From positions 32,001 to 96,000 of the IMG/VR virus record IMGVR_UViG_3300043446_003702: a stretch of DNA of 64,000 nt; one strand, written 5' to 3'. Source of the DNA: a virus. A program made the position numbers and the translations under genes. The stretch's first letter is position 1. Each line of letters opens with the position of its first letter. Shown here one piece after another: positions 47,701-57,200 of the stretch. The notes under the pieces are model-generated. The model did not search any database and was not told the origin of the DNA. It saw only the letters and a list, made by a program, of their open reading frames with translations.

Positions 47701-50700
47701 CAAGGTAGTGGTTACAGGCAATATATCTGGAGAAGTAATGTTGTAACTTTTTTTCCAAATATCAGATACCAAAATAGTTTGATCGGCTTGACTAGATTCC
47801 TGTGGATTGATAATTTGTACCAATCCAGGATTAGCGTCAAGTAATGCTCGATTTAAGCGCAACTGAAAGAAGCTGCGGTTGGCATTGGCTCCATAAACTG
47901 CACGTTGTACTGCCCAGTTTTCATAGATGCTGTAATCTGCAGACTCCTTGCCAAGATTGGCTTGAGAGAATAATTCAGCACTGAGTATGGTTCCTTTGCT
48001 GCCAAGGAATTGTCTATACACATTCAATTGACTGACGTCGTCAAGATTCAGTGATGTCATGTACTGACGTGGTCGGAATCCGATCAAACCATAACTCAAT
48101 AGGTCATTATCGCCTTCAAGATTTGCTGTGTTTATATTGTAACTGTTTTGTAATTGATTGGCTTTATTGGCCAAGTTAGGCAGCAATCCCAATTCAATCT
48201 GTGTATAATCACTTGTCAACCAGTCGTTGGCATTGAATACTGCTGTGGGTTGTATAATGCTGCCAGCAGACCAGTAAGCACCTTTGTATTTGACAATTTG
48301 GCCTTTGGTATACGTAGTGTATGAATTCCATTCCTGTATATTGTCTTGATTAAGAATAAATCCTTGAGCATCAACATAACCATTCCACTCAGTGGTGGTC
48401 ATCGCAACCAAATTCAAACGACTTTGGCGGGCACCAGTTACTGGTTGATAGATCAAATCACCAAATACGCTGGCATTGTTGAACACAATCATGTGTTCGT
48501 AAGATGTATATTTTAAATCAATATAACTCAGTATTTGATCAGTTGCAGGTTCTACTGTGAATGTGTTGTCTAATCTAGTGATAATTAAATTGCGTGTGGG
48601 CAATTCTTTACGGTTTTGATCTAACAATATATTTTCAGCAGTTTGTGCAGAAATACTATCTACCACAGCTTGTTCACGAGAGATGCTGAGTCTAAATGCC
48701 AAGGGATTTAAATTGATCAGTGCATTGTCATCCCAACCTTGCTGACTCCAGTACAAGAATTCATTAACCATTTGCGACCAGTTTAGTTCATAACCATTAT
48801 CTTGAGTGTCAAAAACCAGTCCTTGTCTCTCTAGATATTGTCCATAACTCAACAAAAAATCACTCACGGCGGTTTCGCTGGCAAAAATAAAACCATAAGG
48901 AACCTGTGTAATAGTGTCTGTGTAAAATGTGGGGACTTGCACACTTATGCCACCTGCACTGTAAGTTTGTAAACGACCAGCGTATAGACTTTGGATTACA
49001 TTGAAATATGGTTGTGTGGTGCTGTAACCAAACACAGCGTATCCACCTGCGACTTTTTGTAGCACCACTGATGAATAGCTGGCACGATCAAACGGTTGAT
49101 TTTTATACAAAACAAGGTCATAGCTTTCATCTGGAATCAAAAAAGTAGTATTGGTTGAATTAGGACTAGATTTTTCAGTGTAAATTTTGATATATTGTTT
49201 GTCTGAAAAGCTGGCCATGCGATAACACAGTCTCACATCCAGTGCGCCAAGGTCAGCAGTTAGGTCAGCGGTGCTGTTAATTCCGCTTTGACGATTGTAG
49301 TCCACAATCCAATTGATGTAACTGGCCTTGCTGACACCATTGCCATAAACTTCAATGTCTTTGGCATTGAGTCTGTAGCGTCCATTGTACACATATTGAT
49401 CAAAATCAGTGTTGAATTTATATAGGTCACGATCCGCAAACAGTGCAAAAAACTTTGCTGGACGCGTCAAGGCAAGCAATCTCATTACAGCAAAGGGGTA
49501 CGCACTGCTGTTCCACCATGATGCTTCAACGGGACCGCCGTCGCCGACACTCCAACTTTTACGGAATGTGGTATCTTGGTAAGAGCCAACCACTGAATAA
49601 AATGGACTGAGTAATTCACCTTCTGTGCCTGTGGGTATTACTTTTGTTAGACCAGGTCTTGCATATTCTGGTAGGTAGTAGGGAGCCACAGGATCAGCTA
49701 CATAACCTGCTTCAAGGTCATCCCATAGAACCAAGTTGTCTTGTGTATACGGACCAGGACCATAATTGTCTTGCCACCATGTGGGCTCAATTGTAAATCC
49801 CAGCATTTCCCAAGGTGTTAATTCAGGTTGTTGAGTGTCATAATAATAACGATAGATACCACGCCAGGCCCCCAACAGTTGGTCGTTATCTAACTTGCTT
49901 TTACTGCCACTGTAATTCCATGAAAAGTCATTGGTAGCTGAGTAATCTTGCGTTTTATAATCAAGTTTGTTCCAAGCAACATAACTCAAAAAGTCAGTGC
50001 TCAAAATATTGGTAATGTCCTGTGAACTGTATCCAGTGTCTCTAAATTGACCTGGAAGAACTTCAGTTATGCTAATTGGCACAGGATTTCCATCTAATTT
50101 CAAGTTGTTGAATATTCTAGTTTCAAATTCTAACAACACATCATCTCGAATATCGCCAAATGTTCTGGTGATGCTGCCGTCATGTCCTACAATTACTGTT
50201 TGTGTCCCTGAACTGGTTTTTTGTGTAATGATTTTTGGCCGGTATGCCGGATACAGTCCCAATTTGGTAGGTGTGTTTGGAACAAAACTGCCATAGGTCG
50301 GAAAATATTCATTTATAATCAGTGTGTCGCCCAGCGTCAGCGGTGATAATACAACAATTCGAGGACCATCAGTGGCCACGGTGTAGTCCAGTCCCCTAGT
50401 GAGTATTACATCATTTAAATATACATTCATTCCTTGATAGTTGGCTGATGTATAATTGTAAACATTAATGGTATCAAATGTGTTATTAGTGGTATTTGAT
50501 ATAGTGTATGTTGTGGTCTGATACACTGCACCAGCAGGTATCATGTCACTCCAATAAAACGGTTGTGATTCTACTCGGCCTAGAGTAATTTCTGCTAATG
50601 CAGTATCTAATATTTCACCAGCAGTTTGATACTGAACAACTTGTTGAATTGCAGTGTTTAACAATTGACCTTTGAATTTCAAATATTCATTGCTGTTAAA

Positions 50701-53700
50701 TTGCAAACTTGAAAATATATTGTATGCTTCGCTACGTAAAAAGTACCCAGCCAGAGTCAGAGGTGCGCTTTGCTGTAGTATGGTTAGTCCATAGGGCACT
50801 AAATTTCCCAAATCTCTAGTGTTATTTGCTCCGTTGATTGGACCAGAAAGCGTTGATAAATTTTCACAAATAGTTTCGTATTGTGTACGAATTGTACCTA
50901 GTGTAAAACTAGGGCTATTGGTGTTCAGTGGATTATTTTGTAAATTTATTGGTACTTGAAAAAATCCAATTTTGCTAATTTGGTCACTCAGTACCAGTAC
51001 TTCAATTGCATCAGTAGGCAAGTAAGTGTCAATCAACGTGATTGTCGTACTGGTGGTATCTACACTGTAGGTGTATTGGCTTGGTTGGATAAATTTTGAT
51101 CCTACATAGATTTTGATGGCAGGCAGCACCGAGGCAGTACCCACAGCAACATCTAGTTTCAGTGTCTGCCCACTATAGGTGAATTTAAATTGCTGATATT
51201 GTTGACTGGTTGCAGCAGCCGTTTGCCACCCAATGAGTTTAGCAAAGGTGGTGCGGTTCGCATATTCTCTGGCCACCCCAGAACTGATATCTGAAGTAAT
51301 TGACACATTGTCTTGCACGTACAAAAAAGTATCTTTGTACAAGTTGTTTTCAAACACAATGTCACCGACGTTGTTGATGTTCAAATACTGCAAAGGAAAT
51401 TGTAATATAGGATCAAGTATGCCGGTGTCGCCTACAGCATAACTAAACAATTTGCTGCCTATAAACGTGCTTGATGGATACTTGGCACGATTACCAAAAC
51501 TGATGCCGGCTGAGTCATAAACGTTGAACAATGGTGCTTGCTGCACTCCAGTTTTTTGTTGTGCTTCAGTCCATTCAATACCATCGTACCAAAATGACAC
51601 ACCCTTTTGTGTGTTTCCTTCAAGACTCACCACACATTGATCAATCAGTACTACGCCATCATCGGCCACTGCTAAATGTATAATAGGCTGTGCAATCAAT
51701 GGTGGCACACTGTCTGGAGTAATGAACTGTACAACATAAACTTTGTTTCGTACTTCATAATCTGCATCAGCAGCAAAAATTACCCGTGAACCATCGGTAA
51801 ACACATAACCATCAACACTGTATCCAGTACTTCCTTCTATGTTGCTCAAAGCATCTGTTTCTGAGAAGTCAATAATGTCAACTGGTTGCTTGCCTTCGGT
51901 TCCCATGTTGTACAAACGAAGACCTGGTCTAAAATTGATAATAGGTCTCTTGGCTCGAAAATTATTGTCTAAAGAAATTTGAGTATTGTTGTATCTGGCA
52001 GTGGCTTGAATGACGTCAATATGAAACCAGCGATTACTACGAGTCCATGCATTTAAATCTTTGCTGGCACGATCAATTGTAAGATAATCTACTTCACCAG
52101 GTTCAGATGCAATAGTACTGTCACGAGCATCAACCACGTAAGTTTCAGGTGTGACAAAATTGCGAACTGGCAATAGCTCAATAGCTGTGCCCACCCCAGC
52201 TACATAAAATTCATTGTTAGCAAATGCCACAGCAGTGAACCCTGCCACAGTTGCAGTGCTCAATTCAAAAGTTGCTCCATCAACCACAGTGGCTATGGAA
52301 AATTGTGTACCATTGGCTGAAATAGTTTTGATGTAATAACTTTGTCCAACTACAATACCACCGGCTGTGGTACCTGAAAAAATAATTTCTTCACCTTCGT
52401 ACAGTCCAGCAGTTGAGCTGCAGGTAATATAGTTGCTGCCTGCTTGGGTGGCTGTGCAAGTAAATGTAGTTGTACCGGACCCATATGAAACTGGTAACAC
52501 ATCACCAGTAAATCTTACTTTGAGCCCGTTGGTAAATGTTACTCCATTGGGACTGACATAATTTTTTTGTCCAATGATTTGATCGATAAAAATTGTGCTG
52601 GTTTCTGTTTGATCCAGTAGCCGTATTTTTCCAAAAATCTCTGGATCAGTTGCATCTTGATACCATAATTCATTAAGCACTGCTGTCAGCAAAGGTATGC
52701 GTTGGAAATATCCTGTGGAGTTTTTATACCAACTGGTATTGCTGTATGTGGTGCCGTAACTGATGGTAAACTTTTGATTTAGCCCAATATCAGCAATTTT
52801 AGCCAAACTGATGTAGTCAATACCACTGCGATTTACAACACTGATTTGCCAAACCTGATAGCGGTCTGCCACGGGTACAACATCAGTCTGATCATATGTT
52901 ACGGTATCATAACTGCCCACCTGACCATTTTGTGAATCTAATCGAGGTAGTGGGTCATAAAATGATGTTATCAACCAGCCACCATCAGTGTCATCTGCAA
53001 TGGGATTTGTAAACACCAGAGTACGACCGTCAAGATATGTGGTCCCGTCAATGCCGCCGTAAGTGGCAATAAACTGTTCCAATGATTGATTGTTGATTTG
53101 ATCAAATTTTAAATCAGTCAACAGATCAATTGGTCCTACGTCAGGAAGATCATAATAAAATTGTTGGGCTGTTTTTTGTGGTACATTAAAAGAAACAACA
53201 CCAAGATCTTCACCATTGTCAGTAACACCATACACATCTCGATTGCTGATATTAGGTGTAGTAGGAACTACCCCTGCTACTCCTGGTGAAGTTTGAATCC
53301 AAAAGCCTGGGCCAGTTCCTGGAGTACCATCAACAATATTAATGGTACCACGTAGGTTGGTTTGATTTTGACTAACGTAGTACAAGGTGTCGGGAGCATC
53401 TTGCGGCACAGTAAACGTCACTAGACCAAAACTGCTCCCGTTGCGCGACACCCCTGAATTGTATGCATCGCCGGTTCCGAGACTCACGGCAGTTTTAATC
53501 CAGAAAGGATAAACGCCATTTAGTGTGATATTGAAAACATAGGTATTGCCACGTGCCAAGGTCAGTGTAGGATTGGCCTGAAAATCAATCAAGTACGAGG
53601 AAGTTCCATTGTTGGTAACCCGATAGTTCACAGTTTCTTTGGCATTTTGTGCTACTTGAAACGTGTAACTACCTCCACGCACTAGATCAATTGTGGGATT

Positions 53701-54219
53701 ATTTCCGTTTAGGCCTGAGAATGTATAAACCCCATTTTCTCTGGTTACCACAAAGTTATTGGCAGTGGGAGTACCAAGAGATTTTACATCAACAGTTTCT
53801 GGGCCACTGGGCAACCAAAAATACTGACTAAAGTTAATAAAACTATCATAATCAATAAATGGATCCCATGTGTAGTATTCACTGTTGTACAGTTGATCTG
53901 GTTTGTTTTGATTACCGCCTTGAAAACCAATGGCATCATTCATGCCTGGGTAAGTTATAACATTTTTTACATCTTGGGTGTCAGGTTTGAGGCTGACGAC
54001 TCCGGCCTCGAGTTGATAATTTTGTCTTGTTGCACTGGGTTCTACAACATAACTGTCGTTGGGGTTGACGCCTGGTCCCACAGTACGGCCAATAAAACCT
54101 TGTGTTTTTTTAAACTTGGGTTCCTGAACCATTTGATCCAGTGTGGCCGCCAAGAATTGTTTGTTAACTGGGGTCTGAAATATCTGTGGAAGAAAATCAA
54201 CTGATCTTGTGCGTGCCAT
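38716..54219 (-). CDS. Giant (5167 aa) baseplate/tail structural protein with FG-GAP propeller blades and many beta modules
   Basis: Uninterrupted 15.5-kb ORF directly after the gp6-like wedge gene. Seven (F/Y)GxxV...GAP blades, cupredoxin-like, CBM5/12-like and DG.T..F...G.DY modules. Confidence 0.8.
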   Translation of the reverse strand: MARTRSVDFLPQIFQTPVNKQFLAATLDQMVQEPKFKKTQGFIGRTVGPGVNPNDSYVVEPSATRQNYQLEAGVVSLKPDTQDVKNVITYPGMNDAIGFQGGNQNKPDQLYNSEYYTWDPFIDYDSFINFSQYFWLPSGPETVDVKSLGTPTANNFVVTRENGVYTFSGLNGNNPTIDLVRGGSYTFQVAQNAKETVNYRVTNNGTSSYLIDFQANPTLTLARGNTYVFNITLNGVYPFWIKTAVSLGTGDAYNSGVSRNGSSFGLVTFTVPQDAPDTLYYVSQNQTNLRGTINIVDGTPGTGPGFWIQTSPGVAGVVPTTPNISNRDVYGVTDNGEDLGVVSFNVPQKTAQQFYYDLPDVGPIDLLTDLKFDQINNQSLEQFIATYGGIDGTTYLDGRTLVFTNPIADDTDGGWLITSFYDPLPRLDSQNGQVGSYDTVTYDQTDVVPVADRYQVWQISVVNRSGIDYISLAKIADIGLNQKFTISYGTTYSNTSWYKNSTGYFQRIPLLTAVLNELWYQDATDPEIFGKIRLLDQTETSTIFIDQIIGQKNYVSPNGVTFTNGLKVRFTGDVLPVSYGSGTTTFTCTATQAGSNYITCSSTAGLYEGEEIIFSGTTAGGIVVGQSYYIKTISANGTQFSIATVVDGATFELSTATVAGFTAVAFANNEFYVAGVGTAIELLPVRNFVTPETYVVDARDSTIASEPGEVDYLTIDRASKDLNAWTRSNRWFHIDVIQATARYNNTQISLDNNFRAKRPIINFRPGLRLYNMGTEGKQPVDIIDFSETDALSNIEGSTGYSVDGYVFTDGSRVIFAADADYEVRNKVYVVQFITPDSVPPLIAQPIIHLAVADDGVVLIDQCVVSLEGNTQKGVSFWYDGIEWTEAQQKTGVQQAPLFNVYDSAGISFGNRAKYPSSTFIGSKLFSYAVGDTGILDPILQFPLQYLNINNVGDIVFENNLYKDTFLYVQDNVSITSDISSGVAREYANRTTFAKLIGWQTAAATSQQYQQFKFTYSGQTLKLDVAVGTASVLPAIKIYVGSKFIQPSQYTYSVDTTSTTITLIDTYLPTDAIEVLVLSDQISKIGFFQVPINLQNNPLNTNSPSFTLGTIRTQYETICENLSTLSGPINGANNTRDLGNLVPYGLTILQQSAPLTLAGYFLRSEAYNIFSSLQFNSNEYLKFKGQLLNTAIQQVVQYQTAGEILDTALAEITLGRVESQPFYWSDMIPAGAVYQTTTYTISNTTNNTFDTINVYNYTSANYQGMNVYLNDVILTRGLDYTVATDGPRIVVLSPLTLGDTLIINEYFPTYGSFVPNTPTKLGLYPAYRPKIITQKTSSGTQTVIVGHDGSITRTFGDIRDDVLLEFETRIFNNLKLDGNPVPISITEVLPGQFRDTGYSSQDITNILSTDFLSYVAWNKLDYKTQDYSATNDFSWNYSGSKSKLDNDQLLGAWRGIYRYYYDTQQPELTPWEMLGFTIEPTWWQDNYGPGPYTQDNLVLWDDLEAGYVADPVAPYYLPEYARPGLTKVIPTGTEGELLSPFYSVVGSYQDTTFRKSWSVGDGGPVEASWWNSSAYPFAVMRLLALTRPAKFFALFADRDLYKFNTDFDQYVYNGRYRLNAKDIEVYGNGVSKASYINWIVDYNRQSGINSTADLTADLGALDVRLCYRMASFSDKQYIKIYTEKSSPNSTNTTFLIPDESYDLVLYKNQPFDRASYSSVVLQKVAGGYAVFGYSTTQPYFNVIQSLYAGRLQTYSAGGISVQVPTFYTDTITQVPYGFIFASETAVSDFLLSYGQYLERQGLVFDTQDNGYELNWSQMVNEFLYWSQQGWDDNALINLNPLAFRLSISREQAVVDSISAQTAENILLDQNRKELPTRNLIITRLDNTFTVEPATDQILSYIDLKYTSYEHMIVFNNASVFGDLIYQPVTGARQSRLNLVAMTTTEWNGYVDAQGFILNQDNIQEWNSYTTYTKGQIVKYKGAYWSAGSIIQPTAVFNANDWLTSDYTQIELGLLPNLANKANQLQNSYNINTANLEGDNDLLSYGLIGFRPRQYMTSLNLDDVSQLNVYRQFLGSKGTILSAELFSQANLGKESADYSIYENWAVQRAVYGANANRSFFQLRLNRALLDANPGLVQIINPQESSQADQTILVSDIWKKSYNITSPDILPVTTTLPTDIALPTAGYVNFNDVNITVFDIDNTDSLAANINNIGVGTTIWVAKVNAYDWAIYRAESVPGVIAHVCDNLDGTSLVIFSKQHGLAASDKLVIRFFDSEVNGVYTVLNVVSLDTVTIAFSFTGDRTVVNGTGLGFTLKTQRVSQASDILNLPYANTIEPGARVWVDNNGSDLWTVLEKQEVFTELLSLAPGQVDEGEQYGSSVTQAQNRFAALVGSPRYRFPVGATQWNIANAYAEDAIVYVSDPYQTEFYIANVGGTPAPVPQGVSIYNTAYWTPYSLNSLPRRGGVYVYVKSDNNNYTPASPLAPADSVLSLTITDKSGGPYNGQSAAREYGTSVDFGNQTWAAAGAPGSLGADGIPNNGYAVVIFKDPQLAAPGNIPYGQWQLLTSPNSITAPEKFGQSVAVSLDERWLYVGAPGANAVYAYGRVDWETQRVQALGDGVTTSYAIGADIKIDADTQLTVSVAGDEQILGIDYTVVNSFTMVEFATAPAAGDAIEIIRTSRKLLDYQVYYGLAGTGGTGSNATFVVTRIRGTVTVSVENGGTGYTTGNTITIPAASFDGGSSPTNDITFIVTANSGVIIAINGTPSYTPPPLTVSFSLNEYFYTVDNLYSFSVIVDDVLQRPEIDYIFSGDSTLGNDLTFLNSPPAGSSILVRAEGYFQYAGAITNAGSAAGDNFGYSVSTSTDGRQVLIGAPNKTVNGKSQAGTVYVYDRNVQRFIYGTDASSVTFTVLGSVSEPVGVLVNGTFLVNEKSATPNQSNTFAVNGNTITIFADLQIGDIIEIETNDFQLVQAVNQSTVEEFSSYGYATDLCSYNCSLYVGVPNSSVQQFKAGAVERLVNQSLTYGITQSGNPGADLDNGDTLRVNNQDVTVPSAWSSTIAYPVNTVVYATLTSVTTIYASLQSVPAGTALTNTSYWRVVDTTTVLASVDYRALAAQINIDVPNVTASVDDQNYLTISVKNSAAAPVGAKLSVLPGSVGTAFYDIDFTTYRFTQTIVSPYPVDFAGFGTSVSIDDSAVNLVVGAPRGTLYLITMFDLNATDFDEGATDFFDQVIQSGSVYTYDLLPSSSSSITNPDKFVFGQQIDNPNVQTQDQYGVAVDYTDGVLFTGAPGNELEDSTMLANYGRVFVSVNPDLTPAWTVLRVQQPVVDIRLLNSVYSYDRVTSSVTQYFDFFNPLQGKILGAARQNIDFIGAVDPASYNVGPVGIRGTTWGQTQVGQVWWNTSTVRFIDPNQDDIVYASRRWGQTFPGSSVDVYQWIVSATPPATYTGPGIPLTTLSYVINTVLSPQGIFNTEYYFWVRGITATATQKGKTLPVSTVANYIENPRASGITYIAPINASTIALYNAGDYIQAQDTILSIEFDKQLTDDNVHVEYELVAQDREDSFISSNLYRKMQDSFCGVDTNGNLVPDINLSPAERYGVQFRPRQSMFVDRFAALKNYLTRANSVLALYPIAESRQFVLLNSSEPEPNAGSGKWNKRVANLEILGFQNLYAVPLGYNYLVVSDSSNRGLWTIYTVEEKVTIDGTVRLLQLIQVQNYDTKQYWNYVNWYLPGYNSSSKIIAEVPNVSGLNTLDVPVGSSVKVSANSQGNFEIYLRGATGFDRVGLQNGTIEFAAELWDYALGRFGFDLEVFDAQYYDQEPVIETRKIIQAINEELFIDNLAIERNRQLTLMFNFVLSEFAAPEWLIKTSLIDVEHRIRSLTEFQNYSRDNQEFVLDYIQEVKPYHVQIREFNLRYNGFDQWFGDMTDFDLPAYFNTSLTVPGFTSPILLPYDHSTAFNSETNNLSDLPANSTVWSSWPYSQWFNNYLLSLDSIELIETGSGYTEPPIVEITPNPNDPAPTVAAQATAVLNSVGQVVGVNVTANGAGYRSTPTIVFNGGNGSGAVAYPRMTNELIRQFRTVIRYDRFQYQTTIQTWSSDGTYENGTLVRYNDRVWSAQNADGSSSVVGPTFDLENWNLVNPATYTYPGSTQATGLTGVDRTMGLYVPNSNEFGLELPLLVDGVDYPGVQVWGEYFTGTQVLDANYQSEFADIYLGTRPSDINIDGGEFIGPYEGHAPEELINGAEYDTMDLRVYTRPGADWTSNGHGFQIGAIRYTFEPGITFDYSWAGVVEHPFNIVVSNLTTGHVLTEDIDYTVNWNEQYVTIVNVGSVSAFDIIVIDVYEVGGGSQLFRGNYDGATVVANDNIVILPVNYAEIVQAYVFINGKLVAEPQLRPYAASQSWNLNNTYQALDIIFNDNQITVTNTTGGYNVLTCNNTSAMTVGQPIVFSGTVFGGIVAGQTYYVQNIANSTQFYISEIAGSTTTFLLSTATGSMTGSPQGNYYRALQTVPAGITLTNTNYWLPYNPTINTRLAITATVSAADAIAVVVLGNATSIVVSGTEASGNAVVLLGSTSNLSVGQTVTFSGYSLGGVVTGTNYTIHSIVDDSITITENGISEVALINDQANWVGELTAKFVPTNYQSWSTPVIETFIVDQGILVNQNVILESPPTTTNPANMIVMVNGQRLLGPSCIEWVGDGTTNSFGLPQRMGSSFLQSSIYAPNDVQVYVNGVLQKQAFGAEDGVYSVTNWTGSNTPGRQVVFENPPQSGDTILIAVSTLAQCLFDYNASVPAFSSTLQIGSLLNLDDVVTVITWNDTTQQNIATLTFQGPVETGVVISQPYDTTDYDSPTLNNPLQPLPGDFSAETGISIPINDFDLLRENINGSRLWVTLDGMRLFEGIDYTIQGQYLILAQGVIGANQTLIVTEFTNSIVPESAAFRIFQDMRGVQATYRMTAGTTTVLTQALSATDDIIYVEQAAALSEPDLSAGVFGVVSIDGERIMYRYRDLALNTISGLQRGTAGTAAASHLAGAEVYDFGRGNLLNITYQDYVVKDTGIGDGTTAVFYAPNIDIADFGDSSTVYVESIEVYVGGIRQYNYSNTAADSQYRYIVSLFDPLAIEFIVDGTYSAPAAGSEVTILQRRGVTWYQQGTNSASNGVALQETDTQAARFLCDR

Positions 54220-57200
54220 TAAATTACTCCGCTGCCTGGTGCAGTACGTAGGTTGGTACTGGTCAGTGCTTCTATTACATCTATGTTGTCAATGACAGCA
54301 CCATTGGCAAAAATTTCATTGGGCTGACTGCGTATCTCGTACAAGTCGCCAAAACTTTTTTGTTGATTCAATGGCACCAACACCACCGAGCTAATAATTG
54401 TTCCCAACTGCCTGTGTAAGTATGCTGCCAGTTCTGAAAAGTAAAATGTATCACCAAAATTCCATTTGTCAATTGAAAAATAATTATTCATTTCGGCCAG
54501 CACCAAACTCTTGATTTCACTAGTGCTGGCGGTAGAATTTTGAGCACGAATCACTTTGATTGTACCACGGAGTTCTGCTGCGGCCTTGGGACCAAACAAG
54601 GGTTTGAACACCACTGAATTTACCACAATGTTGTCTGAGATCATTTTATAATCTTGCAATGCTTGATATTCGGTTGTCAGCTCATCAATTGTGGGCATGT
54701 CTGGTTCAATCACAGTACCTGTAGTATCGCGCAACCAATTTTGATAAGCAGTGTAATAATTCAAAGTAACCACATACATGTCAATAATATTGGTGGTACC
54801 TGGATCAATTCTGTTGGTAAGGGGCGAGTTGTGACGATACTGGAAGTACAAACTTTGTCTACCAGTTTTCGCAATCCAACCTGACACACTGACAATGGTG
54901 CGTACTCCTGTTACTGAAATGCTGAGTTGATAAAATGCATTTTCGTCGTAGGCATAAAATACCTGTCCCGGAGTCCACTCAGTTTTGGCCAATTCAATTT
55001 CTTCCAAGGTGCCGTAGAGATAAACAACTCTACCAGGCTCTACCAAGAGATATCGTTGCAGGTTGTCAAAGTCCACTGTTTGCTGCAAGAACACATAAGG
55101 CCCAGCAGTTGTAGCAGGTCCCACAATTTCGTCAAAGAAATCTGGATTATCTGGCACCCCGTCATTGTCGCTATCTCTAAAACTGACCAGGACTTGAAAG
55201 TCGTCTACATAGCCGTCGCTTTCCACAGGTTGCCCAATGATTGTGGTATAGATATCGCCCGGCAGGGGTTCTGTTGAGTTGGGTTGTGTGTTCACTGCCA
55301 ACACATTGATAAAGTCTTTGATGATTGTACCTGTACGGCTGTCATATACCAATTGATCTTCGTAGAAGAAGAAACGTGTCTGCAACACTGATCCAAAGTT
55401 GTAGGACAGTCCCCGAAATGTAATGGTGTAATTTTGATTTTCTACAACAAACTGTATTAGCCAACTAGCATCAAGATTAGTACCTGATGTGTTACCAGCA
55501 TATTGTTGACTCCATGTTGCAGGATTGCTTTGGGAATACGCATCAAGATTGGTGCTGGTTATGAGATACCAAGTGTAAGGTGTACCAGTTATATCACCGT
55601 TGTTATCATATCCCAATCCAAAATTTCGATACAATAGAATCTGCTCACTCATTTGCTGTTCAATAGTGGTGGGAAGATCAGTAACAAACAATGGAATAAT
55701 ACTGTCTACCAAGGCACCAGTGGGCACAAAGTTATTGATGGTTACAGGTCCTGATCCACTGGCTAGATTTCCAACACCGTTGTTGTATCCATCCCCCACA
55801 ATGGCCTGAGGGCTGGCCCAAATTTCCATGCGTTCGTCTGCTCGCATGGGTGTGCCTTGAACCAATCGGTTGTTGCGATCAAAATAATAGCCTGTGGGTG
55901 GCACAAATTTTATCAAGCTGCCTACAATGGCATACCTAAACATTGTGGTGGTTGTATCGCCAATGGGAATCGGCGTTCCTGTGGCATTGGTAAAGTATCC
56001 AGTGGTTTCATTGGCCAATGTGGTACTTTGGTGCCATTGATAACCGGCCAACCATGTTATACCATTGGGCGTTGTGGTTGATGTAATACGTGGGAAGTTA
56101 GCATAATAAAACTGTTTTACGGTGTAACCACCAATACTTGGTTGCACCTGGTTGGTGATAATATCTGCAATATCGTTACGATTGATATAGGAAAACAATA
56201 TGGTAGGTAAAATATTTTGGCGCCAAATTGCGCCGTCACTTGAGAATGTGTTTGTTGAGCTGTACTTGCCAGTGTTATCCACAAGGTCAAGATAACGACT
56301 AGTGCCAATTGACGCACGATTCAATGCTTTGCTCTTGATGATACTGTTGTATTGTGTATAAGGGAAAAGATTGTAGTCTTCTCCATTGACCATGCGGTTT
56401 TGTGTGTAGTACCGTGCAGGAGCACGTTGTTTGATTTCAGCAATGGGTTCACGTGCTTGGCTGTTGCTCACTGGACGAGTAATGCCGCAAGTGAATGTGA
56501 TGGTTTGTAAGTTTCCGTTGCGGTCAGTGTAGCTGATGGGCAGCACAACGTTTTGCATTTCTTCAGGATTGATAATGTACTGTAATCCATTTGATGCACG
56601 AACATAGGCACGAAATATACCCACAGGAATTTCACTAAACACACCATCCCCAAAAATCATGGTGATTTGATCATTGGCTCTTGATGTTACTGAGTAAATG
56701 GGTTGCAGCACATTGTTGCGTTGTTCGGCTGCTGTGTAAACATTTTCCACGTATTTCCACTCACGGCTGATATTACCAATGTTGTCTAACTGAAATAACC
56801 ACCGGTCGTCGTTGTTTACTCCCTCAATATTGATGTCTACTGTGCGATTAGCAATTCGCTCAGTCAAATTAAAATCTTGATTTTGCAAGATACCTTGTTT
56901 GAAGAAAAAGAAATATCCAGTATTGGCTGACTGAAATCCCAATTGGTCATTTCTAAACAATATGTTAAACACAGTATTGGGAGTAGGGGCTGGTTCGTAT
57001 ACGTAATCCTTTCCTACACTGGTAGAAGTAGTGGCTTCAAACGGCATATTGATACCGTCCACAGTGGCAGTGTAAGGAATCACCGGCAAAAATCCTGACA
57101 CCAAATTGATACCATATTCAGCAGTATCTACGCCCAGTATGGTTTGTCGATTGCCCGGGCGTCCTACTTTTTGACTGTCTACCAATGCAGCATTGATAAT

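Noticed and set aside
35151-54219. Diversity-generating retroelement or intein in the tail genes
   Set aside because: I saw no reverse transcriptase, TR/VR repeat pair, intein splice motifs or homing endonuclease motifs.
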